From contig NC_042998.1 of assembly GCF_006345805.1 (NCBI RefSeq), positions 130,696,001 to 130,760,000 of the forward strand: 64,000 nt of DNA. Direction: 5' to 3'. Each line of letters starts with the position of its first letter. Position 1 is the first letter of the stretch. Below are positions 24,960-37,950 of this stretch, piece by piece. Origin of the DNA: Octopus sinensis (taxonomy: Eukaryota). The notes beneath the pieces are model-generated. The model made no database searches, was not told the origin of the DNA, and saw nothing but the letters and a program-made list of their open reading frames with translations. A program made the position numbers and the translations under genes.

Positions 24960-26860
24960 GGGTGGAAATTAACATAAAAGCTGAGGGAAATCAAAATAAG
25001 AATGAAATGAAATGACAGTGTACATAATATACAAAATAAGTAAATGCATATGTAAATACATCCTGAAACTGTAACAAGTACAACTAGGGCCAGTCAAGGA
25101 ACCTCAGGGATCCAGGATCACCTTCACCATCAAAGGTACGAGGTCTCGCTCAGCTTTAATTCTCCAAGCTAGGCCTTAAATATTTTTGCTAGTCGCCCGC
25201 CTTATTACTAATTCACTCCGAGAGCACTTCTCTTCCACATACACTTAGAAATGTGAATAAATGATCGACTATCGTGAATGGTGTCTTTCTTCTATTCTTT
25301 ACCCTCGTCCTCCAGACAACTGCTTTCTAGAGACGATAGCCACTAGACAGAAGAACATTGTCCTGCTGTGATATCTGTGTGTGGTGGGATATTATTCACA
25401 ATGAATTTGATCGATAAGCAGATCAATCCCACATATGATAACTCGTGTATGACGGAACTCCTTATGTTAACAATGCTCGGACACTTCACGCGTGCGTGCA
25501 GTACGGTTTTGTCGCATTGCACATATCTCAACAAGTCCTAGCTGGCAGCACCTCCATTCCTGTAAAGTTTAATTCGTACCGGCAGTGCTCGCAGTAGCAC
25601 CTCTACAACACGAATTTCTGCAGGTTATCCATTGTAGTTTCTGACCCTCCGAAATAAATTAGGTACTTCCTCCTCGACATTGCGATTTTTCATGCGCAGA
25701 CCATCGTTCCTACCTTCCACTAGGTCTTTATATATTGCTAATATAGGACTTTAACTGTTCCAATTGACCGGCTGGTAGAGTGTGGTGAGCGCATGACGAC
25801 ATTTTAGATTGTAGATGTCCAATATAGGTCTCTTCACGAGTCAGAACTGCTGCTATGTTAAAAAGATTGGCTGCAAAAAACGTCGAAGAAAAATCTGTAG
25901 ATATAGTTTCAGCATCCATTTGTGCATCTTCATCTATAGCATGTCAAACCCACAGCCCATAGGGTGCTAATTACAGATGGACCGACTGACCATTAGAACG
26001 CGTCAATTCCACAGGTAGTGGAATTGTATCTGCAGAAATGTGTTCAAATGTGGACTGCGACAAGGCAAAATGCTCAAACGATAACATATAACGGAGGTGA
26101 TGTAAGTCTCTGCTTGACATTTCATAGATAATATCTTCACAGCTCATAGCTGAGTGAGGCTGGACACTATTCCTGTAACCTCAACCCAGTACCTGTGTAC
26201 CTATGTATCAGAATCAAAAGTGACATCGAACAATTTAGCCGATTTGTAGGCTCCCTTGGGGCTGTTAATCAAGCCCACTAACATGTTCGGATTTATTCTT
26301 GCTCCTTATAACACCTTGTATTCCTTTAGAATGGAATCAATAATCTGAACTTCCGTGGTGTCTGATACTATTACGGTAATATCATCTGCATACGCCATGC
26401 AGGTTTCTCGCATCCCAGCTCACAAGGGACACATCTCAAGAGTTTTAGTGTCGCAGCAGTGGTTCGAGAGGGATTCCGAGTTGAATAGATGGGAATGGAC
26501 TTAACCTGACGTATTCAGGGTGCGATATTAAACGTTTATTGTAACCGCTGAGGAAGCTCTACTGTACAATACCATGACCCTACCAATGTAAACGGATACG
26601 AAACAGCCTGCTTTTACAATTGCTGCAACTAAAGATAGTCGGCCCTATTGAAAGCTTTCGATTGATTCAAATTCATCAGTCTCAGCAACCATTTAAGATG
26701 CATCGCATATGATGGAGGTTGATGTTCAGCGATCTATTGCGGATTGAGCATATTTGTGTTTCCCTAATTAAAACATCTACGAGAAGCGCCAATCTCTTTA
26801 ATGATAATAAACGGAAAATTTTAATTAGAATGATATTGATCACGATGTTTGCGATGTTGG
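24960..26860 (-). mobile_element. 5'-truncated, degenerate Tx1/L1-clade LINE ORF2
   Basis: KRLALLVDVLIRETQ..NLHHMR..LNQSKAFNR (~26660), AYADDITVIV (YADD at 26381-26392), GARIN.., zinc-finger remnant CDKTVLHARVKCP (~25500). Homologous to 29951-31640. Confidence 0.8.
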
Positions 26861-26943
26861 TATTCACGATGATGATGATGATGATGATGACAACCACGCC
26901 ACGTTGATGACGACGACTACGGAAATTGTGGTTGTGGTAATGA

Positions 26944-27276
26944 GACAAAACTGGCACTAAGTCTGTGGCGACGACGTGGGTGCCACTTGATCCAACCAAC
27001 GGAACAACCTGATCGGCAAATTAAACGTGCAAGTGGCAAAGTATTCCACAGACACGCGTCTCCTTAACGTAGTCCTCAGGAAAATTCAGCATGACACAGA
27101 ATGTGACAAGACTGGCCCCTTGAAATACAAGTACTACTCATTTTACTCATTTTACCAGTGAACTGCAGAACACACAAATAAAGTGTCTTGTCCAAGGACA
27201 CAAGTCGCCGCTGGGTATCGAATTCACGATCTTACGATCATGAGCTGAATATTCTACCCACTAAGCCACACGCCTT
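26944..27276 (-). mobile_element. tRNA-derived SINE (type C)
   Basis: A box gtggcttagtgg, B box-like gaattcgataccc, central tgtgtccttggacaagacactt block. Confidence 0.75.
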
Positions 27277-27289
27277 GTCAGTGATGATA

Positions 27290-27600
27290 CTACTATTACT
27301 ACCGCAGCAAATGATAATGATGATGGTGATGCAGAAGAGGAGGACGTTGAAGTGGAGTTAGATGTTAATGACAACGAAGACCGCTGTGACCATGATGATG
27401 ACGACAATGATAACGACGACGATGACGGCAACAATGGCTGCGATCACAACAGCGACGATGAATATGATGATGATGGCGATGTGTGTGAGGATGATGATGA
27501 TGATGACGATGATGATGATACTGGTGGTGGTAGTGATGGTGGCGACTGTGATCATTTTCATAATGCTCATGTTGTTCTTGATATTCATAATGATTATACT
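27290..27600. repeat. Degenerate (GAT/GAC)n tract
   Basis: Visible directly. Confidence 0.9.
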
Positions 27601-27792
27601 ATTTTATATTTTTTGTCTTCTTGATTACCTTTGAAAAATTAAATATTTGTCGGAATTTAATATCATTATTGTTTGTAGTTGATTGAAATTTCAATTTTTA
27701 ATTTAATCTTCAGAGATGATAATTTCCTGTTAAGAGTAGGCCATCCATGGTGTTTTTTTTATTTTAATTTATAATATTACTTATTATATTTA

Positions 27793-27796
<4 letters not shown>

Positions 27797-27872
<76 letters not shown>

Positions 27873-27961
27873 GTATATACATATATATATACGTATGTAT
27901 ATATATATGTAATATATATATATATGTATGTATATATATGTATATATATATATATATATAG

Positions 27962-27997
<36 letters not shown>

Positions 27998-28038
27998 ATA
28001 TATATATACATGTATATACATACAAATATATATATATG

Positions 28039-28075
<37 letters not shown>
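27797..28075. repeat. Long interrupted (TA)n microsatellite
   Basis: Visible directly. Confidence 0.95.
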
Positions 28076-28077
<2 letters not shown>

Positions 28078-29950
28078 GTACATACATGTCAATGTTCTAT
28101 ATTATTATGTGCAAATTATGTATCACTATCAACGTTTCTTCCAACTCGTACAACTAATACTTTTAATGACAAAGTTTATTATTTATATTTGCTTATTTTT
28201 CCGTTTTTGCTTTATCACGATTGTTTGGGTGAGTGTTTCATCTGATATTGCAGTCTACTGAAACTTAAAAGTCAAATCACTTTATAAATGATTTTTACTG
28301 AGCCAAAACAAAATAGAAAAAAATCAGATTTCTATCGTATTACGCTGTTTTTAGGTTGTTAGAATATCAAATTTTGTAGCTCACAATTTGGTAATTTGGA
28401 TATTCAGTATGTAATCAAGGTATGTTCAACGAATTATACATTAGGTGAGTTATATGAAAAGCGGAATTTTATTTACTGAGTAAATAAAAATGTAATATCT
28501 ATGCATTACACATTTAGAGGTAGAGAACAGAATAATTTCGTTTAAATTAGTATTCCAGATATTAGTGTAAATTGAGCCCCAGATGGAAAGTAAAGAAGAA
28601 GCGCTATTAGATTTCAGGTAAATAATATGTTAAATATTTTTGATACGCTTTGTGACAGAATGAAGGCTAGTAATAATTTTGATGCAACCAGACATAGTAT
28701 TGATTCAATTTTTCTAACGATTTCACCAGAATAAAAATCTATAGTTTAGTCTAGAATTATAATAGGATATAATCAAAACGAATGTTTGCATTAGTCCCAC
28801 GTACTGGTTCCTCCGTTTCACCTGTACCACATTCCAGGAAATATAAACACATTATTTCCAGTGGTTAATATCACCTAAACAAGAGAGGAATCTTAGAAGA
28901 AGGATGTTAGTAAAATTGTTCAATTCTTATTGAATAAATAGTCAAATATGTAATGTATTCTAGTTAAACTATAATGCATGAAGGTGGAATACATGATTTA
29001 CAGCATCACAGATCACGAATCGCTGTTGACTGAAGATTGTGTCCCGCTTCATTGAAAGTATACTGTAATTCTCTGACAGTTGTCTTTGAACATACGAAAA
29101 CTATATGAAGACATATAGAGGACTAATCTGTGACATGTAACCACATGAAACGATTATGGATTATCATGACCCCAATTTAAACCACATTTAAACATGGAAT
29201 CTTAGCACGCGAAGAATCAAATCTATTGTTTACTGCAACATCTTAATGCACCAGAAGACAGCTAGATAAAGAAAATATACAATGAGCAGCACTATGTCTT
29301 TTTTAACTTTCACGCAACAAGTTGCAATATATAAAGTAGCCACATTCCAAATGATCACACAGGACCCAGTTCTTGTTACATTGATTTGCTTCTCTCTTTA
29401 GAAACATTGCTAACACTCTCATTAAGGAAAGAGGTGACAATTTTTCACTAAAAAATACTGATAATAGAATATGATAATACTTCTCTCTTCGTTTCCAGAG
29501 AAAATGGTAGATATAATTGATGGTAAGATAGTAATGGTGATCCTTATTAAATTATGTATGTAATTGCATGCATGCATACATACATGCACTACGTATGTGT
29601 TATTGCATGCATTTATAAGTGACTCTTACCAAGAGTAATACAAAAGTATTAAAAAATTCAAAACTAATAAAAAATAATTATGCGGTGCGGAAAAGGCAAT
29701 CACTGAATGAATAATTATTTATAATCGTAAATCATACTGAGAAGTGCGAAAAAATGAAGTTGATACATTTCTATCATATTAGACCTCTTCGGCAAAGTAC
29801 ACATTTCAGTGGATAATAAAGGAGCTATTGTATATTTGTATGCATTTATGCAAATATTACATATTTTTATGCATATGTATTTGTACTCACACGCGCACAT
29901 ACATGCACACACGCACAAACACGCACACAAACACATACACATACACACAC

Positions 29951-31640
29951 ATCATAGAAAGGGTAGGGAAGGGACCTAGCATAGGAGAGGCCCTGACCTA
30001 TTTGGATAAATCAAAAGCTTTTGACGGCGTTGACCATCAATACTTGAAGTCTGTCCTCATGATGGCCGACTTCAGTCCTGTTTTCCGAGGCTCGATCGGT
30101 GGAGCGTACATCGACATCTGTTCGGTGGTCAGAGTAAACAGCGATCTATCGGAATACTTTACCATCGCTCGCTCAGTCCGTGAAGGATGCACACAGTCTC
30201 CCCTTCTGGCTCTCAAGCCATTACTAAGGAAGGTGGATATTTCGAGGAACATCCAGCGTGATCTAAGAGGCAAAAGATTCGTGTCGGATTATGCGGATGA
30301 CGTCAGTGTTATAGTATCGGGCAGCTTGGAAATGGAGATGATCGGCTCTACTTTAGGGAGTACGAAGGGGTGACAGGAGCAAGGATTAATCAGAAGTCAA
30401 TGAGCCTGCAGCTTGGCACCTGGAGAGGCGGGTCCATGCCAACCGACAGCGTTGCATGGCGCTGGACGGAAGGACTGGTTAAATCGCTCGGAGTCTGGTT
30501 TGGTCCAGACCACCATGTGGACAAGAACTGGGGAGATAACGAATAGTGCAGAGAGGAAGCTGTTCCTGAAGTGTCAGATGGAGGTTGAGAATGCGTCAAT
30601 TGCTTCCGTCATCTACTACCACCTGACTATCGTCCCTTTCCCTACGTCATGCCTGATCAAACTGGGGTTTTTACTCTTCCACTTTTTGTGGAAGGGTCGT
30701 GTTCCGCTCGTCAGTCGGTCCATCTGCTGTTCTTCTGCTGAGTAAAGGACTGGGCATACTGTGGCCAACGATGCGCAGACATGCGCTGAGGCTGTGACAT
30801 CTCCAAAGTTTTCTTAACAGTGAGCGGCTGTGGTCCCAATTTATCAGGCATGATTTTCCACAGCTTGTCTCCTTGATGGAGCTACAGTCGTGGGTCAAGC
30901 GGAGACCAAGAAAGGACTCTTGGCACCTGGAGTGACGGTAAGCGCTCACGGCATTCTTCCAGTCGGAGAACGCGATTGGTCGAAGTTCCACTATGGAGTT
31001 CTAAAGGAATCAGTAGCAGGTAAGAGCGATGAGGTCTTGGGGGAAACTCTGGGCGACAGGAGAGATCAATTGCCTGGGCTTTTCCGGAGGACTTTAAGGC
31101 CCGGGCTAATGGACAACTTACAGAAATCCCTGGCCTGGTAGTGCTACTGGGGTGCTCTCTCTCGGTTCGAAACAAGCACTACAGACATGGAAGTGCTGTC
31201 TGACAGACCTGTAGGGCGATAATACCGCCCTGCATGCACTCGTTCACGGTACGTGCATTACTGACTTATGAAGCTTTGTGGAATGGCTGTGATCACGTGA
31301 AGAACGGATTCGGTTATCAACTGAATCCATCGTGAAGGAAAGGCAGTTTTCCTCTGTCTGATGGTTATGGCGAAGGAGACAGCGGGGTACAAGAGGTTGA
31401 AAGGAGTAAAGCCAGATACTTTCCTCTTCAGGAAGGTCCCACTTGAAAAAGAAAGTGAGGGTAAGAGAGAAGTTCTACCTCTCAATATTTTGTTCAAAGG
31501 GCTATGTGAATGGGCTGTGTGAATGTGCCTACTCTGAACTTTCGATTGTAAACCGGAAGAGTTGGGAAGAAGAGAGACGCCTTCTGATGTGCACCGAGCA
31601 GTCGGGATAACCAGAATGTTTGAGTTTCCTCGGTTGTTCG
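29951..31640 (+). mobile_element. 5'-truncated, degenerate Tx1/L1-clade LINE ORF2; 3' boundary approximate
   Basis: LDKSKAFDGVDH, SVREGCTQSPLL, YADD (30290-30301), LFHFLWKGRVPLVSRSIC, then C-terminal remnants to about 31530. Confidence 0.85.
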
Positions 31641-31971
31641 TGTGAGGAAATCCTCTTTTAGAGTTGAATTATCCAAACCCCAAATAATTCCTCTCAACAC
31701 ATGGCTATGATTCTCCCCCACTACTGCTCGTGATCAGAGATGCACGTATCGTCAGCCACTAAGGGGCATACTCAACTCGTTAAGGTTAAACAACTGGTAA
31801 GCAAATATCTGTGACATTGAGTAGAATATTTTCTGTAGCCCATCTTTTATACCAAGACAAAACAATGTACAAGATAACACTTCCAATCAGTTAAGATGAG
31901 AAGCAATGGAATCCACTGCCTGGTACTGCACCAGGGCATATTGAGCAGGGTATTTGCTGTACCAAGACAAA

Positions 31972-32137
31972 AGAAGCGGCGAGCTAGTAGTATCGTTACC
32001 GCGCCGGGCAAAATGCTCAGCGGCATTTCGTCTGCCGCTACGTTCTGTCTTCAAATTCCGCGGAGGCCGACTTTACTTTTCATCCTTTCGAGGTCAATAA
32101 ATTAAGTACCAGTTGAGGCCTTTTGCTTACAGAAATG
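31972..32137 (+). mobile_element. SINE (type B) followed by (TAT)n(CTA)n
   Basis: Head gcggcgagctagtagtatcgttaccgcgccgggcaaaatgc, B box-like ttcaaattcc. Homologous to 54116-54288. Confidence 0.8.
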
Positions 32138-32142
32138 ATTGT

Positions 32143-32184
32143 TATTATTATTATTATATTATTATTATTATTATTATTATGATA

Positions 32185-32250
<66 letters not shown>
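32143..32250. repeat. (TAT)n + (CTA)n microsatellite
   Basis: Visible directly. Confidence 0.95.
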
Positions 32251-32251
<1 letters not shown>

Positions 32252-33124
32252 ATTGAATATGGAAACTGACAGTATCACTTCAAATATAAGCTCCGTTTGT
32301 GTTTCACAATATTTAAACATTTTTAATTTCCAATTTAAGTAAAGTATGTCTGTCTAGTATGTGTATCCACTGCTTGTCCTGCTTGTTAGTGTCTCACACC
32401 AGTTTCTAGTTTTACATTAGATATCGACTTCATTCATATGATTTTTAATGTCATAGAAGCTAGTTGGTACGAAATTTCATTTATGAAAACTGTGTTAAAA
32501 AAAAGAAGAAAGTGATTGAAATGGTGTTTTAGTTTCATATATTAATATCTTAGCTACTGATATAACTATTCACCATGTTACTCCATAACAAAGCTTTTAC
32601 AGCTTTATATGTATAAATGTTAGGAATTGACGTCTCCATAGATATAACCATTATATATTTAATAAATGCCTTTGGGTACATGTAGTTTTTTGAAATTCAC
32701 TTCAGCAGAAAGAAATGAGACGCAGTGAACAAACTGTAAATGTTATATAAAAAGATTAACAATCTTGCAGATAAAGAACATACGTTTATTTAAACCATTG
32801 AATACATTGAATTCATTCTCCAACAATAAAGAGTTGATGACCGTTATAGTCTACTATAAAACCCGAACTGAATATGTAGACATCATAAAATTAATGAAAC
32901 GTTATTAAAGGAAATTAATATTCAAGCAACACATAACTTACTGAAAATTTATATTTATTTGACAAATATGAATATAGCCAAAATGAAAGTAATATAAGAA
33001 TCAAATGTGATACTATAATAGTAACAATCATGTACGATTAATTAGTAAAGTTTATAAAACCAGTATACATGGTACAGTTACGACGACCGACCTGAATATC
33101 AACTGCTTTCAGAATATAATATCT

Positions 33125-33310
33125 TTGCTATTATGTTAAACTGTCGTATGTCCAAATTTGGTCACATACGCTTTTTTTTCAGTATTTATTTTTGCTTGCA
33201 ATACCAGATCATTTTAGTCTAACTATTGAATCACCAACTGCTTCAGCTGTCAAGATTAAAAAATTGTCAAAGTTTCGTACAACAGTTTTGCTATGTAGTA
33301 AAGCAAAAAA
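33125..33310. mobile_element. Truncated copy of the MITE at 34458-34710, opposite orientation
   Basis: 33125-33155 is the exact reverse complement of 34680-34710, and similarity continues inward (ctgcttcagMtgYcaagat). Confidence 0.75.
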
Positions 33311-33715
33311 TGTTAGTTAATTGAAGTAAATAACTGTACCATGTATTCTGGTTTTGTATTTTTTATTTACTTCAATTACCATCTATATTGGATTTCATCT
33401 GCAAAGATGAAACAAACTGGGGAATTCTTCGCGTAACGAAGGTTTGAACTATCAGTCCATAAAGAAGAATAAATAAATTCTACTACACATATTAAATAGT
33501 ATTTGTTCACACAAACATTTACATATTTATATCCATAACCATATCTGCATTTAATGTGTTTGTATTTGTAAGCATGTGCGAAAAGGTAGAGAGAGAGGGG
33601 GAGAAGGAGAGGAAGAGGGGTTAAAGAGAGAGGACGGAAGGTAGAAGAAAGTTTTCAATTCTCTTATAATAATTATTGGAATATTAAATAGTAATTATTA
33701 TAATTACTTAGAATA

Positions 33716-33906
33716 CAGTAATTCCTCGCAATATCGCGGTTTGCCTATCGCGGTTTACTATTTAAGCTTAGGTCGAATCCTCTGTGGTATTGTTTTGCAT
33801 TTATAATAAAATAAATATATATATTATATAAATAATGAAAAGATATACAGTACTGTTCCTACTTCGCGGATGTTCATCTATCGCGGAGTTTTGGGAGCGT
33901 AACGCA
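33716..33906. mobile_element. pogo/Tigger-like MITE remnant, one TIR missing
   Basis: TA followed by CAGTAATTCCTCGCAATATCGCGG, with repeated tatcgcgg subterminal motifs. Confidence 0.55.
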
Positions 33907-34457
33907 TTTGATATATTTCTTTATTAAATATTATTGTTTTCATTGAATAAAATTTGGTGAAAAAAAAGACGCCCTAATTTTGCAACAGCCCAATATTAAA
34001 AATAAAGAGCTTATACCATTGAAATTACAACAATGTAACATATCCAGTGTCATTCGACACGCGATAAATATCCATTGCTCTTACAAAATTGTGCGTATAA
34101 ATTTTCATAGACTAGTTCAATCGAAATGCTATGATAGATACCTCATGAAATATGGGATAGCTACGTCTGGAAAGAATCTTATCATAGTTTAAGGACCAGT
34201 TAAACAACTATGGACTTTGTATCTAATATTGAAAATCAAACGCTGCTTTAATTGATTTTGATTTACATAATTTTGTGTTTAATAATAATTCATTGATGGT
34301 TGGGATAATGTTTCATCATATATATATATATATATAAATGCATGTATGTGTGTGTGTGTGTGTGTGTATGTATATATATATATCTCTCTCTCTCTATATA
34401 TATATATATATAAATATAAATACACACATATTTATTTATATTCATATATGTATATCA

Positions 34458-34710
34458 TTGCTATTATGTAAAAGTGCCATACGTCCAAGACGTTGGTTTT
34501 TCAGAAAACAAAAGATAGTTCCACCATTCTACAGCAAAACCACTGTACTACACTTTTTTGTACTACAATTTTTGATATCTTGGCATCTGAAGCAGAGACA
34601 TACACGATAGTTCGACCAACAGAAACTGATTTAGCAAGCAAAAATGAATATCGAAAAAAAACAACGGAATTGGCCGAATTTGGACATACGACAGTTTAAC
34701 ATAATAGCAA
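34458..34710. mobile_element. 253-bp MITE with 31-bp TIRs, superfamily unassigned
   Basis: TIRs 34458-34488 and 34680-34710 match at 26/31. A second copy lies at 33125. No convincing TSD. Confidence 0.75.
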
Positions 34711-34766
34711 AAAATATATCTTTATGATAATAATAACAACAACAACAACAAAAACAATAATAATAA

Positions 34767-34797
<31 letters not shown>

Positions 34798-34823
34798 AAG
34801 AAGAAGAAGAAGAAGAAGAAGAA

Positions 34824-36250
34824 GACACAACACACACAAATGAAAGAGAAAATAAAAAAAGAATATTATAGACGAGTTAGATCAATACTAAACACAGAGC
34901 TCAATGCTAAAAACAAGATAATAGGTATCAACACTTTAGCTGTCCCAGTTATAAGTTACAGCTACAATATCCTTAACTGGACACGAAATGAACTGACCAA
35001 AATAGACAGGAAAACAAGAAAAATAATGACAGGATCTAGGATGCATCACCCAAAATCTGACATAGAAAGACTATATATACAACGTATAGAAGGTGGTAGA
35101 GGCCTTATACAGCTGGAAAACTACTATAAAATAACCACCATAGGACTGCAAAAATATCTTCTTCAGAAGGAAGGAAAACTGATCCAGATAGCGGCAAAAC
35201 ACGAGCAAAACAAAAAACTGTTCTCAGTATTTAAGGAAGCTGACAAATACAAACAGAAATCATACCACCTAATAAACATGAAGAAGAAGAAGAAGAAGAT
35301 TAAGAAACAACAAAAGCTATAAAAAAATGAAATCCAAACTAAAAATAGAACAGCAACGAACCATGATAAGACGATGGCAAGAAAAGCCCCTTCATGGTAA
35401 ATACTGGACTAAACTAAACGCAAAAGAAATAGACAAAGAAAAATCCCAGCAATGGTTGAGAAGCTCAGGACTCAAAGCAGAAACAGAGGGATTTTTAATT
35501 GCAGCACAAGACCAAAGCCTCCCCACCAGAAATTACCAAAAACATGTAATGAAAAGAAATATTACAAGTAACTGCAGAATATGTGGAGATGGACAAGAAA
35601 CAATAAATCATATTATCTCTAGCTGCCCAGTCCTGGCTAAGAAGGAATATATTCACAGACATGACAGAGTTGGAACTTACATACATTGGAAGCTATGCCA
35701 ACATTATGGAATAACAACAGAAAAAAGATGGTATAGGCACACACCAGAAAAGGTCACAGAAAACGAGAAAGCAACCATACTCTGGGATATGCCGATACAC
35801 ACAGATAGAGAAATTAAGGCCAACAGACCAGATATAGTTGTCAGAGACCATGAAGAAAAAAAATGCTTTCTAATTGATGTATCAGTACCGGCAGATGACA
35901 ACGTGTCTCTAAAAGAAATGGAGAAACTCTCAAAATACAAAGACCTGGAAATAGAGGTAACTAGAATGTGGAATCTGAAAACAGAAACAATTCCTATCAT
36001 AGTAGGTGCATTAGGCATGATAAAAAAATATTCAGACAAATACATAACAAAAACACCAGGACTTACAAACACATATAACATACAGAAAATTGCACTACTA
36101 GGCACTGCACACATCCTACGCAGAACACTTTCCATACAATAACCATCAGAGCATCACAACAAATCACAGCACATACCCAAGGCACACAGAGCTGCGCCCG
36201 GTAGTGAAGTGAAAGCACGCTATAAAAATAAAACTACTGAATAATAATAA
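34824..36250 (+). mobile_element. 5'-truncated R4/Dong-clade non-LTR retrotransposon (thumb, CCHC, restriction-like endonuclease)
   Basis: ORFs 34840-35322 and 35327-36142: RLYIQRIEGGRGL, CRICGDGQETINHIISSC, RPDIVVRD..LIDVSVP..EKLSKY. The 3' end runs into (AAT)n; the 5' flank is an AAT/AAC/AAG tract. Confidence 0.92.
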
Positions 36251-36596
36251 TGCTGTGATTATTAATCAATAATAATAAATTCCGGTGAACGATTTGACAG
36301 GGTGTTTTCCTGAACTTCTTCAAGGCTTCAGAGATGAGTATAAAGAAAGCATATAAAGCATTGGTTTCAGAATCGAGCATATTATCAGCAGAGATCCCAT
36401 AGCCATCGTACACAAACACGCACACACGCACACACGCACACACACACACTCACACAAACACACACACAAACACACACACACACACACACAGACTCTCCCG
36501 CACACACACACTCACTCAGTCACACACACAGACACAAGCACACATATATGTGTATGCATGTGAGCGTGCGTACGCGTAACTAGGTGCGCGCATGCA

Positions 36597-36686
36597 TATT
36601 TGTATGCAAGTGTATATATTATTAGTATTATTATTATCATTTCTAAATCTCTCAAAGAGAGAGACACACATATGCCTTCATACAGG

Positions 36687-36772
<86 letters not shown>

Positions 36773-36871
36773 GTGTGTGTGTATGCCTGTATGAAGGCAT
36801 ATGTGTGTCTCTTTGAGAGATTTAGAAATGATAATAATAATACTAATAATATATACACTTGAATACAAATA
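36597..36871. repeat. Near-perfect foldback palindrome, arms about 100 bp around (CA)n(TA)n
   Basis: 36597-36698 versus the reverse complement of 36772-36871: one substitution and one 4-nt (AG) indel. Confidence 0.95.
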
Positions 36872-36878
36872 TACATAA

Positions 36879-37000
<122 letters not shown>

Positions 37001-37619
37001 GGCAAATACACATTCAAAATATAACCCCTCTTGGTATTCATTCTTCCACTCTCCTATCCACCAAATCAAATTTTCTCAGACACTGTTTGTCAGGGACGGT
37101 TAAACGCAAAAGAATTTGACCCAATAATTCTCTTTACTCTCATTTTCCACAATCGTAGTTTCGGTGGGATTTTTCTACTATTTCAGGCAGCATTTCCAAA
37201 TTTTCTTCTTTCTTTTCCTGTGAGTGTATATATACATCATCAGTGTTTGCCTGTATATATGCATGCATTCGCATTCACTTATGTATGTTTGATGTGTATG
37301 TTTATGTAAAGGTGCTTGTGTTTATGTATGTGTAAGCGTGTGAGTTTCAATTCTTTTTCGGTTTAAATGTTGAATGCATAGGAGGATCTTTAAATAGTTT
37401 AAGAGTTATTAATGATATCCAGGTGTTTGTAATTTTGACATAGGCTGTAATTATAGTAAACACTTTCACCATGGCGCTAGTAAAGACACTTCAATGAAAG
37501 AATGGTATATTATCTTACTCCACACTCTGACATCCATAATGCACCACTGACAAATACAGAGATATGTACCTATGTACACACAGAGATATACAGAAAAACC
37601 CAAGTACATAGACGCATGT

Positions 37620-37644
37620 GTCAGTATATATATATATATATGTT

Positions 37645-37676
<32 letters not shown>

Positions 37677-37701
37677 TGTATGTATGTATGTATGTATGTA
37701 G

Positions 37702-37753
<52 letters not shown>

Positions 37754-37769
37754 CATGTATGTATGTATG

Positions 37770-37800
<31 letters not shown>

Positions 37801-37801
37801 G

Positions 37802-37861
<60 letters not shown>

Positions 37862-37877
37862 TGTATGTATGTATATA

Positions 37878-37927
<50 letters not shown>

Positions 37928-37950
37928 TAGAGAGAAAGAGAGAGAGAGAA
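37620..37950. repeat. Compound (TATG)n/(TA)n/(GA)n microsatellite
   Basis: Visible directly. Confidence 0.95.

Noticed and set aside
27352-27634. Acidic Asp-rich ORF resembling a biomineralisation protein
   Set aside because: It lies wholly within a degenerate (GAT)n tract, all frames on both strands are open, and there is no signal peptide or splice support.
27797-28075. Frequent tt or aa phase shifts within (TA)n arrays as a possible code or higher-order repeat
   Set aside because: Irregular spacing; most simply slippage or long-read indel errors.
29030-29070. CTGAAGA...GAAA-GTATAC motif
   Set aside because: Stem II and stem I do not form and the cleavage base would be G.
31740-31972. 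Possible additional short repeat with an internal partial duplication (accaagacaaaa twice)
   Set aside because: No second copy or diagnostic motif in the window to support a call.
33121-34720. A single 1.6-kb element with 200-bp TIRs
   Set aside because: The right arm has its own pair of 31-bp TIRs, so two inverted MITE copies explain it better.
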